Positions 53,533 through 64,000 of a stretch of DNA of 64,000 nt are shown one piece after another. The notes beneath the pieces were generated by a model. It had not been told where the DNA came from. It ran no database searches and saw only the letters and a list, made by a program, of their open reading frames with translations. How positions within the stretch are numbered: the stretch's first letter is position 1; the number at the start of each line of letters is the position of its first letter. The stretch is from Octopus sinensis (Eukaryota), in contig NC_043020.1 in the NCBI RefSeq assembly GCF_006345805.1, positions 4,154,001 through 4,218,000 on the forward strand, given 5' to 3'. The translations under genes and the position numbers were made by a program.

Positions 53533-56500
53533 TAAATGGCAATTTCTGTCTGTCACCATCTTGCTGCCTCGACCAATGAACCAATCTTGACGAAACATTG
53601 CATACATGTTAAACTAACATCAAGTTCAGTTATAGGCTAATTTGATTCGAATAAAAATATATAATGGGCCTCCTAGTGGTGGTGGCTGGTGGGGGTACTA
53701 TATGATAAAATGAGTGTGGCTGATATCAGGGAAGGGGACAGCAGTTTTGTAAGCGACAAATATGGAGTGGCAGTGAAATGGTAACGTTAATATAGCAGTC
53801 GTTTATGGATACAACCATGCATGCTTTCAATCTTTCTTTCTCTCTTGCCCCCTCTCTTTCTCTCTCTCTCTCTTGTCCCCTCTCTTTCTCTCTTACACAC
53901 ACTCACAAATCTATAGAAAGGTATTTGACGTTTAAACCAAAATTATCCAGAAATAACCAAAGTATTCTATTTTCCCATTTATGAGCAGGTGATAAAGAAA
54001 TTATCACCTGCTAAATACTTGGATCACTTTTCTTTTCACAAAGACGTTTCAATTCAACATTGGAGTGGAGTACCACCTTATCAGTTGTCTTTTTTATTAT
54101 TTCCAAAATTATAATCACTCATTCATCTATCGCAGTTAGAAAGACAGATTTTTAAAGGGAAAATTGCTATCACTTGGTATCCTATCTCTTTTGGTGCTGT
54201 AACCAGACATTCTGATTCTGTTTTTAGAAATTGTAATTGCTTATCACTTTTCCGTCCTGCTTAATTTTAAAGTTATGTACAGTAACTAAATCTTCCTGAT
54301 TTCTTTTCCTTGAAGTATTTACTTCAAAACACAGGAGATTTTGATTCCACACAAAAATTAGGGTTAGCGTTGGGGGTTTAATATTAGGATTAATATTGTG
54401 GCCTAGATTTTAGAGATAAAATAAGGATTAGAATCTTGTTCTGAGGGTTTGCATTTAATGTTTCGTGTTAGCGCTTAGGATTGCAATTTTGGGTTAGGGT
54501 AAGGATTAGTTTAAGCAGAAATTGAAAAGGGATTCAAAAAGATTTGAATTTGTGTACAAATTTTTACAGAATTAAATTTCCATGTTTGGAATTTGGATAT
54601 CAAACAAAAATATATTCTTAAAAGAAGAAAAATAAAAAGGTCTACAAAGCAGTGTCCTTAGCCCGAAATTTCATTGAGTTTTTTTTCTTTTTTCAAAAAG
54701 ATTTACTAATTCTGCTAGTACATAAACATGCGCTCTACATGTGCACATTCCTACAGACAGTCCTGGGTGTGGGGGTTCAGAAGCTCACCGTCCAACCACA
54801 TGGTTTCGGGTTTGGTCCCACTGCATAGCACCTTGAGCAAGTGTTTTCTGCTACAGCCCCAGGCCAGCCAAAGCCCTGTGAGTGCAGGTATGCATAGAAA
54901 GGTAAATCGATCCTCCACCTCGTGCAGTGATGGCTAGTCAGGTGTTTGATCAACTGAACTTCTAGACTCATCGTGTAAGTGGTTGAATATACCGAAGATG
55001 TAGGATGTGTTTTAACAAATAAAACTCTTTCCATTCGACGTTTCCAGTTACCACAAATTGAGATTTCGTATCTGTTCAGTTATGTTGCATCCAGAATGTG
55101 GCTTCCTATACACACACGCACTCGCGCACAAGAGTTGAAATAATATTCTTAATTAAAATTCTTGGATTGTAATTATTGCAGTTGCAGTAATTGCTAGGTT
55201 GGGAAGTAGGTGTGGCGGGTGGTGAGTGTGGTATCACCCACCCAAACACCATCATTCCTACCACACAATATCGTCACCCCAACCTTATTGATGTGAATGG
55301 TACGAGTATTGTCTATCAAGGATTACATTTTCCCAATGTGGCCCCTTTTTTCAAGAAGACGAATTGCGAGTAAAGGGGGATTTGGTTGCTATTTCTAGAA
55401 GATGAAATTACCACGTGGAGTTTCTCATTTTCGCTCATGGCGGCGGCGGAGGTAACAGGATAATGAGTGAGATGATGGTGGCGGTGGTGTTGAGAGGAGG
55501 AGGAGGAAATGGTGGTAGTGGTGACAACAACAGCAGCCACGTGCTCTGTGAGACCCGCCCCTCCCTCTCTATTGTAACTCTTCCTTCTCTCTTAATTGTA
55601 AACCCCTCCTCCCCTTTTATTTCATGAATTCCTGCCGCCCCCCTCCCTTTTCGTAATTGATCTCTTTCACTTTGTCCATCTCCCTCTCTATCTGCTTTGT
55701 ATGTGTGTGTCGGTGCTTGCTCGTGTCTGTGTGTGTGTGTGTGTGTGTGTATACACACACACCCACGAGCAAGCACCGACACACAGACACACACGCACAT
55801 ATTTATAAATCACACGTATATTTGTGCGTGCCCGTCTCTGTTTAGATTTATAGACATACATGTCTCTCTCACACACACACACACAACCATGTACATTTTG
55901 TGTGTGTGTGTGTGTGTAGTCCTTTCGTCACTCCGTGTGTAATTAACGTGTCTGTGTGTGATGTAAGTAGAAACATTATCGTTAGAGATATTCGTGTTTA
56001 TGTTCTGCGTGAGTCTAAATGCTGAGAACGAGAGCAGAGACATCGCTTCAGCGTGTTTTGTGCTGGTGGTGGTGGTGGTGGTGTCTGTAGTAAGTGCGAT
56101 GTGTAAGCAGACTGACTGGGTCAATATATGGGTCAGGAGGTCGCGTGTGAGTGTGTGTATATATATATGTACGTACGTATGTATGTATGTATGTATGTAT
56201 ATATATATAGGTCAATATGTCACACCGATTCTGGTGAATAAATTGAAACGTAGGAAACGGTCTGGAGTGAAAGTTTTTTTGTATTAAATTTGTTTTTAGA
56301 TTTGTAAATCAGTTGCTGTACTTCCGTCTGTGTGTCAGCGAGTGAGAGAGAGAGAGGGAGAGGGGGAGAGAGATTTGATGTCAGCTGTGCGTGTGTGAAG
56401 CTGTTTCTCACTGGCTTTCTCTGTACACACCTCTTGTCAACTGTTTATTCTGGAGACGAGAGAGAGAGAGGGAGAGGATGTATGAATGAGATGCGGCAGA

Positions 56501-57087
56501 ATGGTGAGAACCTCGGGCTGGGGGGGGGGACAGGCAGGCAGGGCTGTGCAGCGAAAAGAGTTCGCCTTGCAATCACCTGGTTTCAAGTTCAGTCCCAGCA
56601 AGGGGCACCTTCGGGCAAGTGCCGCCCTGTGGTTGGTTTTGGTAGATGAAAACTGTACGGAAGCCCGTCGTGTCTATTTGTGTCAGTCGCTGCTCAGCAA
56701 CTGATGTTGGTTTGTTTTCATCCCTATAATTGTCGCTTCGTATACAAATCGGGTGTTGATTGCAAACATCTGCAGATAAGTTTTGCTGCTTGTTCTAATT
56801 TAAATTATTTGCCACAAGTTTTCAATTGAAAGGGATAAAAAAAAAAAACAAGAGTCTTTGCATGCCCACCCCTCCTCCCATCAATTAACGTAACTCTAAA
56901 ACTTTTCAGAAATTAACAATTGTAATAAATATTTGATTAACGATGATTAAATAGAAGCTTATAGATTATGGCAAATTAATTAGTTTGACTGGGGAAGAAG
57001 ACCTTATACGGATGACCCTGTATTTAGTAATTAGTAACAACAACAGCAAGAGTAATCAATACAGGGTGTATATTTATGGTACCTACC

Positions 57088-57150
<63 letters not shown>

Positions 57151-57152
<2 letters not shown>

Positions 57153-57352
57153 TATATTTGTGAAAAAGGCAAAAGTGTTAATAAATGTGGTCGGATTGAC
57201 CTGAAAATTTGCACACCTCTGTTAAAAATGGTGGGGAGTTTGCATGGCAACTTTGAGCTTGCTCAATTGAAAGGCGTTCCCTCTAGGGCAAAATTCCTCA
57301 TCTTTAAAATGTGGCCCGAGTAGACCCGAATGAAATCGGGTTTTAATACTAG
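57151..57352 (+). mobile_element. Short Helitron-like element
   Basis: 3' hairpin ACCCGA-atgaaa-TCGGGT followed by CTAG|T, in an AT tract; 5' TC not clear. Confidence 0.6.
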
Positions 57353-57551
57353 TGTATATATATATATGTATATATATATGTATATAAATATGTATATATA
57401 TATATATATATATAATATATATATATATATAGTGTGTGTGTGTATATATAGGGAGAGTTTACGAAAAAAACAAAAGACGAAGACAGGGGGTGTACAAAAC
57501 AAACAGATGTAATTAGTATAACGCTCAGGAATATTTTGTGTGCGTGTTTGC

Positions 57552-57591
<40 letters not shown>

Positions 57592-58164
57592 GCACACAAA
57601 ATAGGCACCTAGGTGCAAAACAAGATGGAAAAAGTAGTACTTGAATATTAAAGGTAAAGTAAAATACTATTTTATTAAAATCGACAAACTTTATAAATTT
57701 ATGCAAAAGATATCATGTCCTTGATGTCCTCTTAGTTGAAGGGTGTCTACATCTGCTCATGATGAACATAGACACCTGAAACAATAAAAGTGTTGCACAA
57801 ACTATCAAGTTATGTTCACCTGTGAGGAATGGCTAAGCTGCCTGCGTGCGTGTGTGTGAACTAAGAGACATAGCTGAGAGCGGTCAGTGGTTTGCACCTG
57901 AACAACAAAGGTATGTAGATCTAGGTGTGTTTTTATGTTGAGTCCCACTGGACAGCTCCCTGGGGCCTAGATTTAGACAGAAGTTTCCCTTTCACTTGTT
58001 TCAGTGATTAGACTGTGGCCATGCTGGGGCACCACCTTGAAGAATTTTAATCAAACAAATTAATCCCCGTACTTATTTCTATTTTTTAATCTTGGTACTT
58101 ATTCTAGCAATCTCTTTTGCCAAACTGCTAAGTCATGGAGACAGTGGGGAAAACATGCATACAC

Positions 58165-58310
58165 ACATGACAAACCTCTTTCAGTTTCCGTGCTGACCAA
58201 ATCCATTCACAAGGCTTTGGTCAGCCCTACGATATAGTAGAAGACATTTGCCCAAGGTGCTATGCAGTGAGACTGAACCCGGAACCATGTGGTTGGGAAG
58301 CAAACTTAAC
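58165..58310 (-). mobile_element. Family-B SINE fragment
   Basis: CCCAAGGTGC...GACTGAACCCGGAACCATGTGGTTGGGAAGC. Confidence 0.8.
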
Positions 58311-58644
58311 ATTGTGTGATTCTAGTAAAACCAAGCAGGACCATCTTGTATTTGTAGTGTTGTCCGTTTCCAATCTTGTGCGAAAACATTTTGGAAGCAG
58401 ATGAAGGTTGGCAATGGGAATAACGATTTGAAACTTGACCAATGCCAACACACCATATAAAGTGGCTGAGAGAAGAACATGGAAAAGCTGCCTTAAACCT
58501 GGAAAAGTAGTTGTTAAAATACAAGGACTGTTATTACTTTTCCAGAAGAGGGACCTGAGGTTGTGGTGATTTGCTGTAGTTGAGCTGACACATCAAACCA
58601 AGTAAGATTGCTGTCGTCCATAGAGACAAGCTTGTCCTTTACAG

Positions 58645-58836
58645 ATGCCAGTGCTGTGTAAATGCACCCAGCACACTCTGTAAAGTGGTTGGCATGTTAG
58701 GAAGGGCATCCAGCCTTAGAAAACATGCCACAACAGACAATTTGGCGTCTGGACATCTGTCCTGCTGGCCAGCTTCTTTCAAACCATCCACCCCATGCCA
58801 GTGTGGAAAACAGATGTTAAACAACTATGATGATGA
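58645..58836 (+). mobile_element. Diverged family-A repeat
   Basis: GGAAGGGCATCCAGCC...CCATGCCAGTGTGGAAAACAGATGTTAAA. Confidence 0.75.
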
Positions 58837-60193
58837 TAAGAGCCTGCTTCAGATGTGATTTGGATGAAGGTCCTTGTAGCAATGTGATGTGTTTGTGTTT
58901 TGGTAGCAAGTTCTACTTCATATTTAGAAAAGATAACTAAATGTGTCCAGTCAAGAGATTTTCACATTGACTCCATCTTGTCTCATTCCAGCTTTAATAT
59001 AAAATGAATTTTCTCTTTCAACTCATTTTGGTTGCAAAGTCAAATGTACTGGAAATGTTTTGTGATGTAAACGTAATTTCACTTGTACCTCAGTTAGCTG
59101 TTATAGGTACCTTGCTCTTACGTGTACCTCAGTCAGCTGTTATAGATACCAGCTTGTATTAATGTGTCTTAAAACCTGCTGAAGTTGGCTCTGCCTTTCA
59201 TCTTTTCAGGGTTAATGAAGCACTTATTAGGGAGCTGCAATTAGCAGGATTATTTAACTGTCAAATGAGATTTTGTTCCAGTTTTTCTCCCTTCTGAGAA
59301 CCTTGATCTATTCTGGAGTCAGTCTTCAGACATCAGTATGAGTAGGGTTGCAGTGAAGTGAAATTAAGCACTGGGGAATAAACTTAGTCTGGTGTCTTTC
59401 CTTGCCAGGAACATTTTTATTTCACATCCAAAGAAGAGGCACTTGATTGATTTGAAGTCTTTTCACCAACACTCTGTCTCCTCCCTCTGCTGTTTTTACC
59501 ACTACTACTACTGTAACCCCTGCTTTATTCCTCCACTCCCTTTCCACATTGTGTCCATTAATCCAGGGCCTCTATTAACCACTCTTCCTCCCCACAATAT
59601 CACCAATCTTTCCTCCCCACAATATCACCCCTCTGGAACTCCTCCTGCTGCTGTTCACTTGTAAGCGATCTGAGGTAGGGACTGCAATGGCAATGAATTA
59701 ACTCCACCACTTTGCTAGGATATTGCCGTATTTGAACTGAGATTGCAATGACCCACATCAGATATCCCATGACATCTTGCCTGGTATTCTCACAGTTGCA
59801 CCACCCAACTTTGGAGGTATAACCGACTTCAGTAGGATTTGAACTCACAACACTCAGAGATGGAATCATTTACTGCTAAGTAATCTGTCCAATACACTAA
59901 CCCCTCGGCTAATTGGTCTTGAGGTGTGTGTGTGTTTGTATTTATGACTGTACCCACCAGACTATCAGATGCTGTTATTAGACCAGGAGAGGCAGGCCAA
60001 CATTCCTGCTGAACAGAAAATCAGTCCCTCATAGGGCGACACGTTTATGGATGAGTCAGTCGGAGCAAATAGGAAATGAAGGGTTTTGCTCAAGAACACA
60101 TCAGCCTGGGAACTGAGACCCTGTGGTTATAATGCAACACACACACACACATACCAAAACACATTGTTTAGTGTGTGGATGTGTAATAAATAA

Positions 60194-60238
<45 letters not shown>

Positions 60239-61289
60239 TCTATTTATAGATTTTAGTGTTTTCAGCTTAGATCTGCTTCCAAACAGACATAAACATGCTT
60301 AATCTAAGCTGTAGACATTCACATACTCCACTAATATAATATTGACTAGAATATATATATATATATATATGTGTGTGTGCGTGTGTGTGTATAAATGTAC
60401 ACACACACACACATGCCTCCATACACACACTTCAGATTTCTTCACCAGGTCTGCTGCATCACTTTGGTGCCCAATTTTAGCCTGGAATGTTCTGAATTCT
60501 TTGTAAAGTCTTGGCCTAACCTCCATCCCTCTCTCCCTCTCTTTTTCTCTCTCTCTCTCTCACTCTCTCATGTTGTCTTCTCTCTTCTCTCCCCACCTCT
60601 TAACACCATTTTATTGGACAAATCATAAAATATTTTTACACCACTCCCTCCTCCCCTTCTGCAGCTTGTGTGTGTGTGTGTGTGCATGCAGTGTTGCAGT
60701 GGTGTGCTGTTGTATATTTGTGTGTGTGTGTGTGCATGCAGTGTTGCAGTGGTGTGCTGTTGTATATTTGTGTGTGTGTGTAGCTGGTTGCTGTTGCAGT
60801 GTTAACTTTCATGGGTGTTGGTCATAACTGCTCCCCAACACCCCCAAGTTAATATCCAAGGAAGAGTTGGGGGTGGTGAGTGAAGTCATTTCAGTGAGAT
60901 ATTCCAGGCATGACCATCCTGTGTGTTTTCAATGGCAGAGCTATGTTACCTAATATCAAACTTCAATTATTCATCACAGTAGGTTAGTTGCTATTTCTAG
61001 CAGGTCGAAAAACTATGGAGGAGGAGGGAGTGGGGAACATCCCTTGGTGGTTCAGAGTGGGTGTGGGGGTTGGCATGATTGTTTAGGGGGTGAATGTGGG
61101 TGGTGGACAGGTGTAAATGGTCTCAGGTGTTTGGTTGTGTGTGTGTGTGTGTGTGTGTATTAATATATACATGTATGACAGTGTTGGGGGCGGGGGCTGT
61201 ATTAGAGAAAGAAAGAAAGATTGTGTAAGGGTGCAGTGTTAATCCTTGACTGGCAAATCGCTATCCTCTGCTGTTGTTTCTTTCTACAG

Positions 61290-61355
61290 GTTGTGAAGAT
61301 AGTCCGGCCCAGTGAAACAGCTGGCCGATATGTAAGCTATCGCCTTGTGGTCTGA
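61290..61355 (+). CDS. POLR2E: POLR2E exon 8, terminal (VVKIVRPSETAGRYVSYRLVV*)
   Basis: TTTCTACAG acceptor; RPSETAGRY motif; the eight exons sum to 633 nt = 210 aa plus stop. Confidence 0.97.
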   Translation, partial: VVKIVRPSETAGRYVSYRLVV

Positions 61356-62599
61356 TGAAGAGAGGGGAGAGGCACTTTATTCACCATCACTCATCTCTAT
61401 CAACGCCAACTGACCAACCCAGTGGAAAGGGAAATGGCTTCTCTCCTCTTCACTGCTTTCAACAATATTGTATTGTGACCGGCAGAGGGACATTGGCCTT
61501 GGTCTCTACTTCAGTCTTCTTTCACTCACATCATCATCATCATCATCATCAATGTTAGGCAATAAATTTTCTTTAAAAAATTTTCTTAGTTGTTCTTTTT
61601 TTTTCTTTTTCTGTTATTTTTTTTTTCACTGTTTCAGACCCAAGGCAACAACCTTTGTAATTCTTCAGCTAATGTCTCTCATTCAGCCTGACAAGTGAGA
61701 ACAATTAACATTCATTGTGTATATTATTGGTCTCTTGAAATATATAACCTTGTATGTGTGTGTGTATCATGTAAACCTTGCATGTTGTCTCTCTAAATCT
61801 TATACTCTGTGTGTATGCATGTGTTTGTTTCTTTCTGCTAACAAGTTAGCTGGATGCTCTTCCTCTTACCAACCATTACCTCTTTTACAAATAAGAAATT
61901 TCTTTTTCATTCCACCATTTCAAGTGCTGAGTTATGTGATATAATGTTCACAGGGAATGTAAATATGACAACACCAGCTTTTGTCCAAATACTCTCATCC
62001 AAGAAGAGACCACTTTCTCGTACACACACGCTTCCATGCAATTTCTCCTAATTCCCCTCACAATGCATTGGCCAGATAAATTTAATGTAGTTGAACTATG
62101 GTTTTTGAACCCTCTACTATCAAAATTAAACAGATCTAAGCATATTTTGTTATACTCTTCTCACACTAATAGATGGAAATTATACCAACATTTCATGATT
62201 TGTCGATCACTTTTTAGATGATGAGTGTGTCCCCTTCTCTCTACTACCGATACAATCGCTATTTAAGTCAGTCACAAACCAGATCTTAACTGTAATGGCT
62301 GAAGTAATTTGTATACATGTATTCATCAACAGTGTGTATAAATATAGACACCAACATACATTATAAAATGGCAAGTTGTGATAGAATGTTTTAAAGTATT
62401 CATTTTGACTCTGCATTATAAGTTCAATTCCTGCCAAGATCATCTTAGCCTTTTATCCTATCGGGGTTGGGGAATTGCTGAGGTCGATTCTCCCCCGTGC
62501 CCTATCTCTTACACCAAGTAGGAAGTGGAAAATTGCAGAAAGGCTTACAAAAACGTAATCGGATTTAAGATCCAACAGTTCTGAGCAAATCATGATGGA

Positions 62600-63400
62600 G
62601 AGAGGGCATATCAAAAAGCCTTCACCATCACCCTCGCCATTGTTGCAGAGTAGAGTTTTCAGGAATAAATATTCTACCCGAAAGTCATAAAAGAGAATGT
62701 TTTAATGCTAGCCCTGACACCCAACCTGTAATTGACAACACACCATGGAATAAATTGGAGCAAGATCTTGACAGGGTTCTCGCAGCTATATTAGCTGGAC
62801 CAATCGAAAAGACAATCAAATGTTGGAACACTTTGGCTTTGAAGAGATGAAGGACTGAATAGGACCACCAGGAAATTAATCCAGTAGAAGAGAAATTAAG
62901 ACTCAATAAGCAATTTAAAAGAAATTTGTTGAAGGAAAAACATAAAAGATTTGACTGAAAACTTCGGTAACTGTAGCTGCTAAGAAGGGCATAGAGGTTG
63001 TCAGATTGAAGGAATTAGAAGACTAAGCGAACTCGGTTAAGAAATGGACCTACAGAAATTTACAAAAATGCTGCTGATAGTTTGACCAGCGCCAAGGGAC
63101 GTTATGGAAGAGTCCCTCAAAGTGATTTGAACTGAGACTCTTAGGGAGCAGATTTTAAGTGCACATTCGGAGGTTAGCAGAGATATTAAGGAATCAGCAA
63201 GACGTATAGAAAGCTTCATCAGCATCTGCCCCAGGACCACGTGCGACACCTTGCGAATCGTACAAAATATGCCTAATGCTACTCTGCAAACTGTAGAAAC
63301 TTTTGTGAAAGATGTAGACGGCACTAGACACCATCCCACCATGGCCCTTTTCTTGACAGTGGTAAGGACCTGTCTTTTTACCTCTTTACTAAAAATTTTG
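62600..63400 (+). mobile_element. Degenerate HERO/NeSL-like (R2-group) LINE fragment
   Basis: Remnants WNKLEQDLDRVLAAILAGPIE, KFTKMLL and KASSASAPGP..YKIC..LL..KL..IPPW across frames. Confidence 0.6.
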
Positions 63401-63599
63401 TCCCTTCTCATTTTATCTTGAAGCCTCTGAATTCTAGATTGTTCTTCGAAATCTGAAATTGTATTCGTTAAATCTTCTACAGAAGCATGTCATTAACTTA
63501 CGGACGATCTTAACTCTTCTGTTATAGCCTGAAGGACTAAATAGAGCGGGGTGGGGGGTGAGAACTGGGCCTTCTATATGCAAGTTAGATTCGTTATTC

Positions 63600-63805
63600 T
63601 CCGTACATTTACGGCTCTCACAAGTTATTCGTTTTCATCGGGTCCATTATCAACCACCAAATGGCAGAAGGTCGATGACCTACTCTCGGTCGATGACTGC
63701 TAGATACAGGGGCTTACTCATAGTATTTCTCTTGAAGTCGTCTCACTGGGAAGATGGCATTAGCAGACCTTTCTGCTACAAAGCCACTCTGTATCATCTT
63801 GGTTA
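63600..63805 (-). mobile_element. Degenerate RTE RT fragment
   Basis: GFVAERSANAIFPVRRLQEKY, then a frameshift to PLYLAVID. Confidence 0.65.
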
Positions 63806-64000
63806 ATTCTCTTCCAAATTAGTATTTGCTCATCAATAATGATGTGTCTGTTGTCTGTTGAATGCATTTCCTTTGTTCTTGTAGCACTTCACGATGATAC
63901 TTGTACATCAGACATTAGCTGTGACACATTCCTGCCCTCCCTGATTACAAGTAACACGCACGAGCCGTACATCCCGTCAACTCATTCTTCTTTGAACCTA

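Noticed and set aside
57720-57810. Hammerhead-like arrangement (stem plus GAAAC)
   Set aside because: The CUGANGA box and stem I are not intact

Overview
AT-rich, repeat-dense animal genomic DNA. The repeat families look like those of an octopod cephalopod; this is an inference, not a database result. Two spliced genes lie head-to-head about 1.9 kb apart, and neither is captured properly by the ORF track. (1) Minus strand: a six-exon phospholipid-hydroperoxide glutathione peroxidase (GPX4-type, 189 aa, CDS 24913 to 14862) with an in-frame UGA at the catalytic site, a type II SECIS in the 3' UTR, an AATAAA and a mitochondrial-targeting-like first exon. (2) Plus strand: eight-exon POLR2E/RPB5 (210 aa, 26832-61355), whose intron 6 is a U12-type minor intron. 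The same divergent pair exists at human 19p13.3, which suggests ancient microsynteny. The rest is mobile or simple repeat: a Penelope-like RT+GIY-YIG element with inverted terminal repeats carrying hammerhead ribozyme motifs; three Gypsy remnants; CR1, RTE, L1-Tx1 and HERO-like LINE fragments; mariner remnants; non-autonomous Helitrons; several SINE-like families; and multi-kb (AT/GT) arrays. POLR2E intron 7 also has a CpG-rich island with a perfect hairpin and a candidate nested first exon. Exon coordinates were counted by hand from splice signals; repeat boundaries are approximate.
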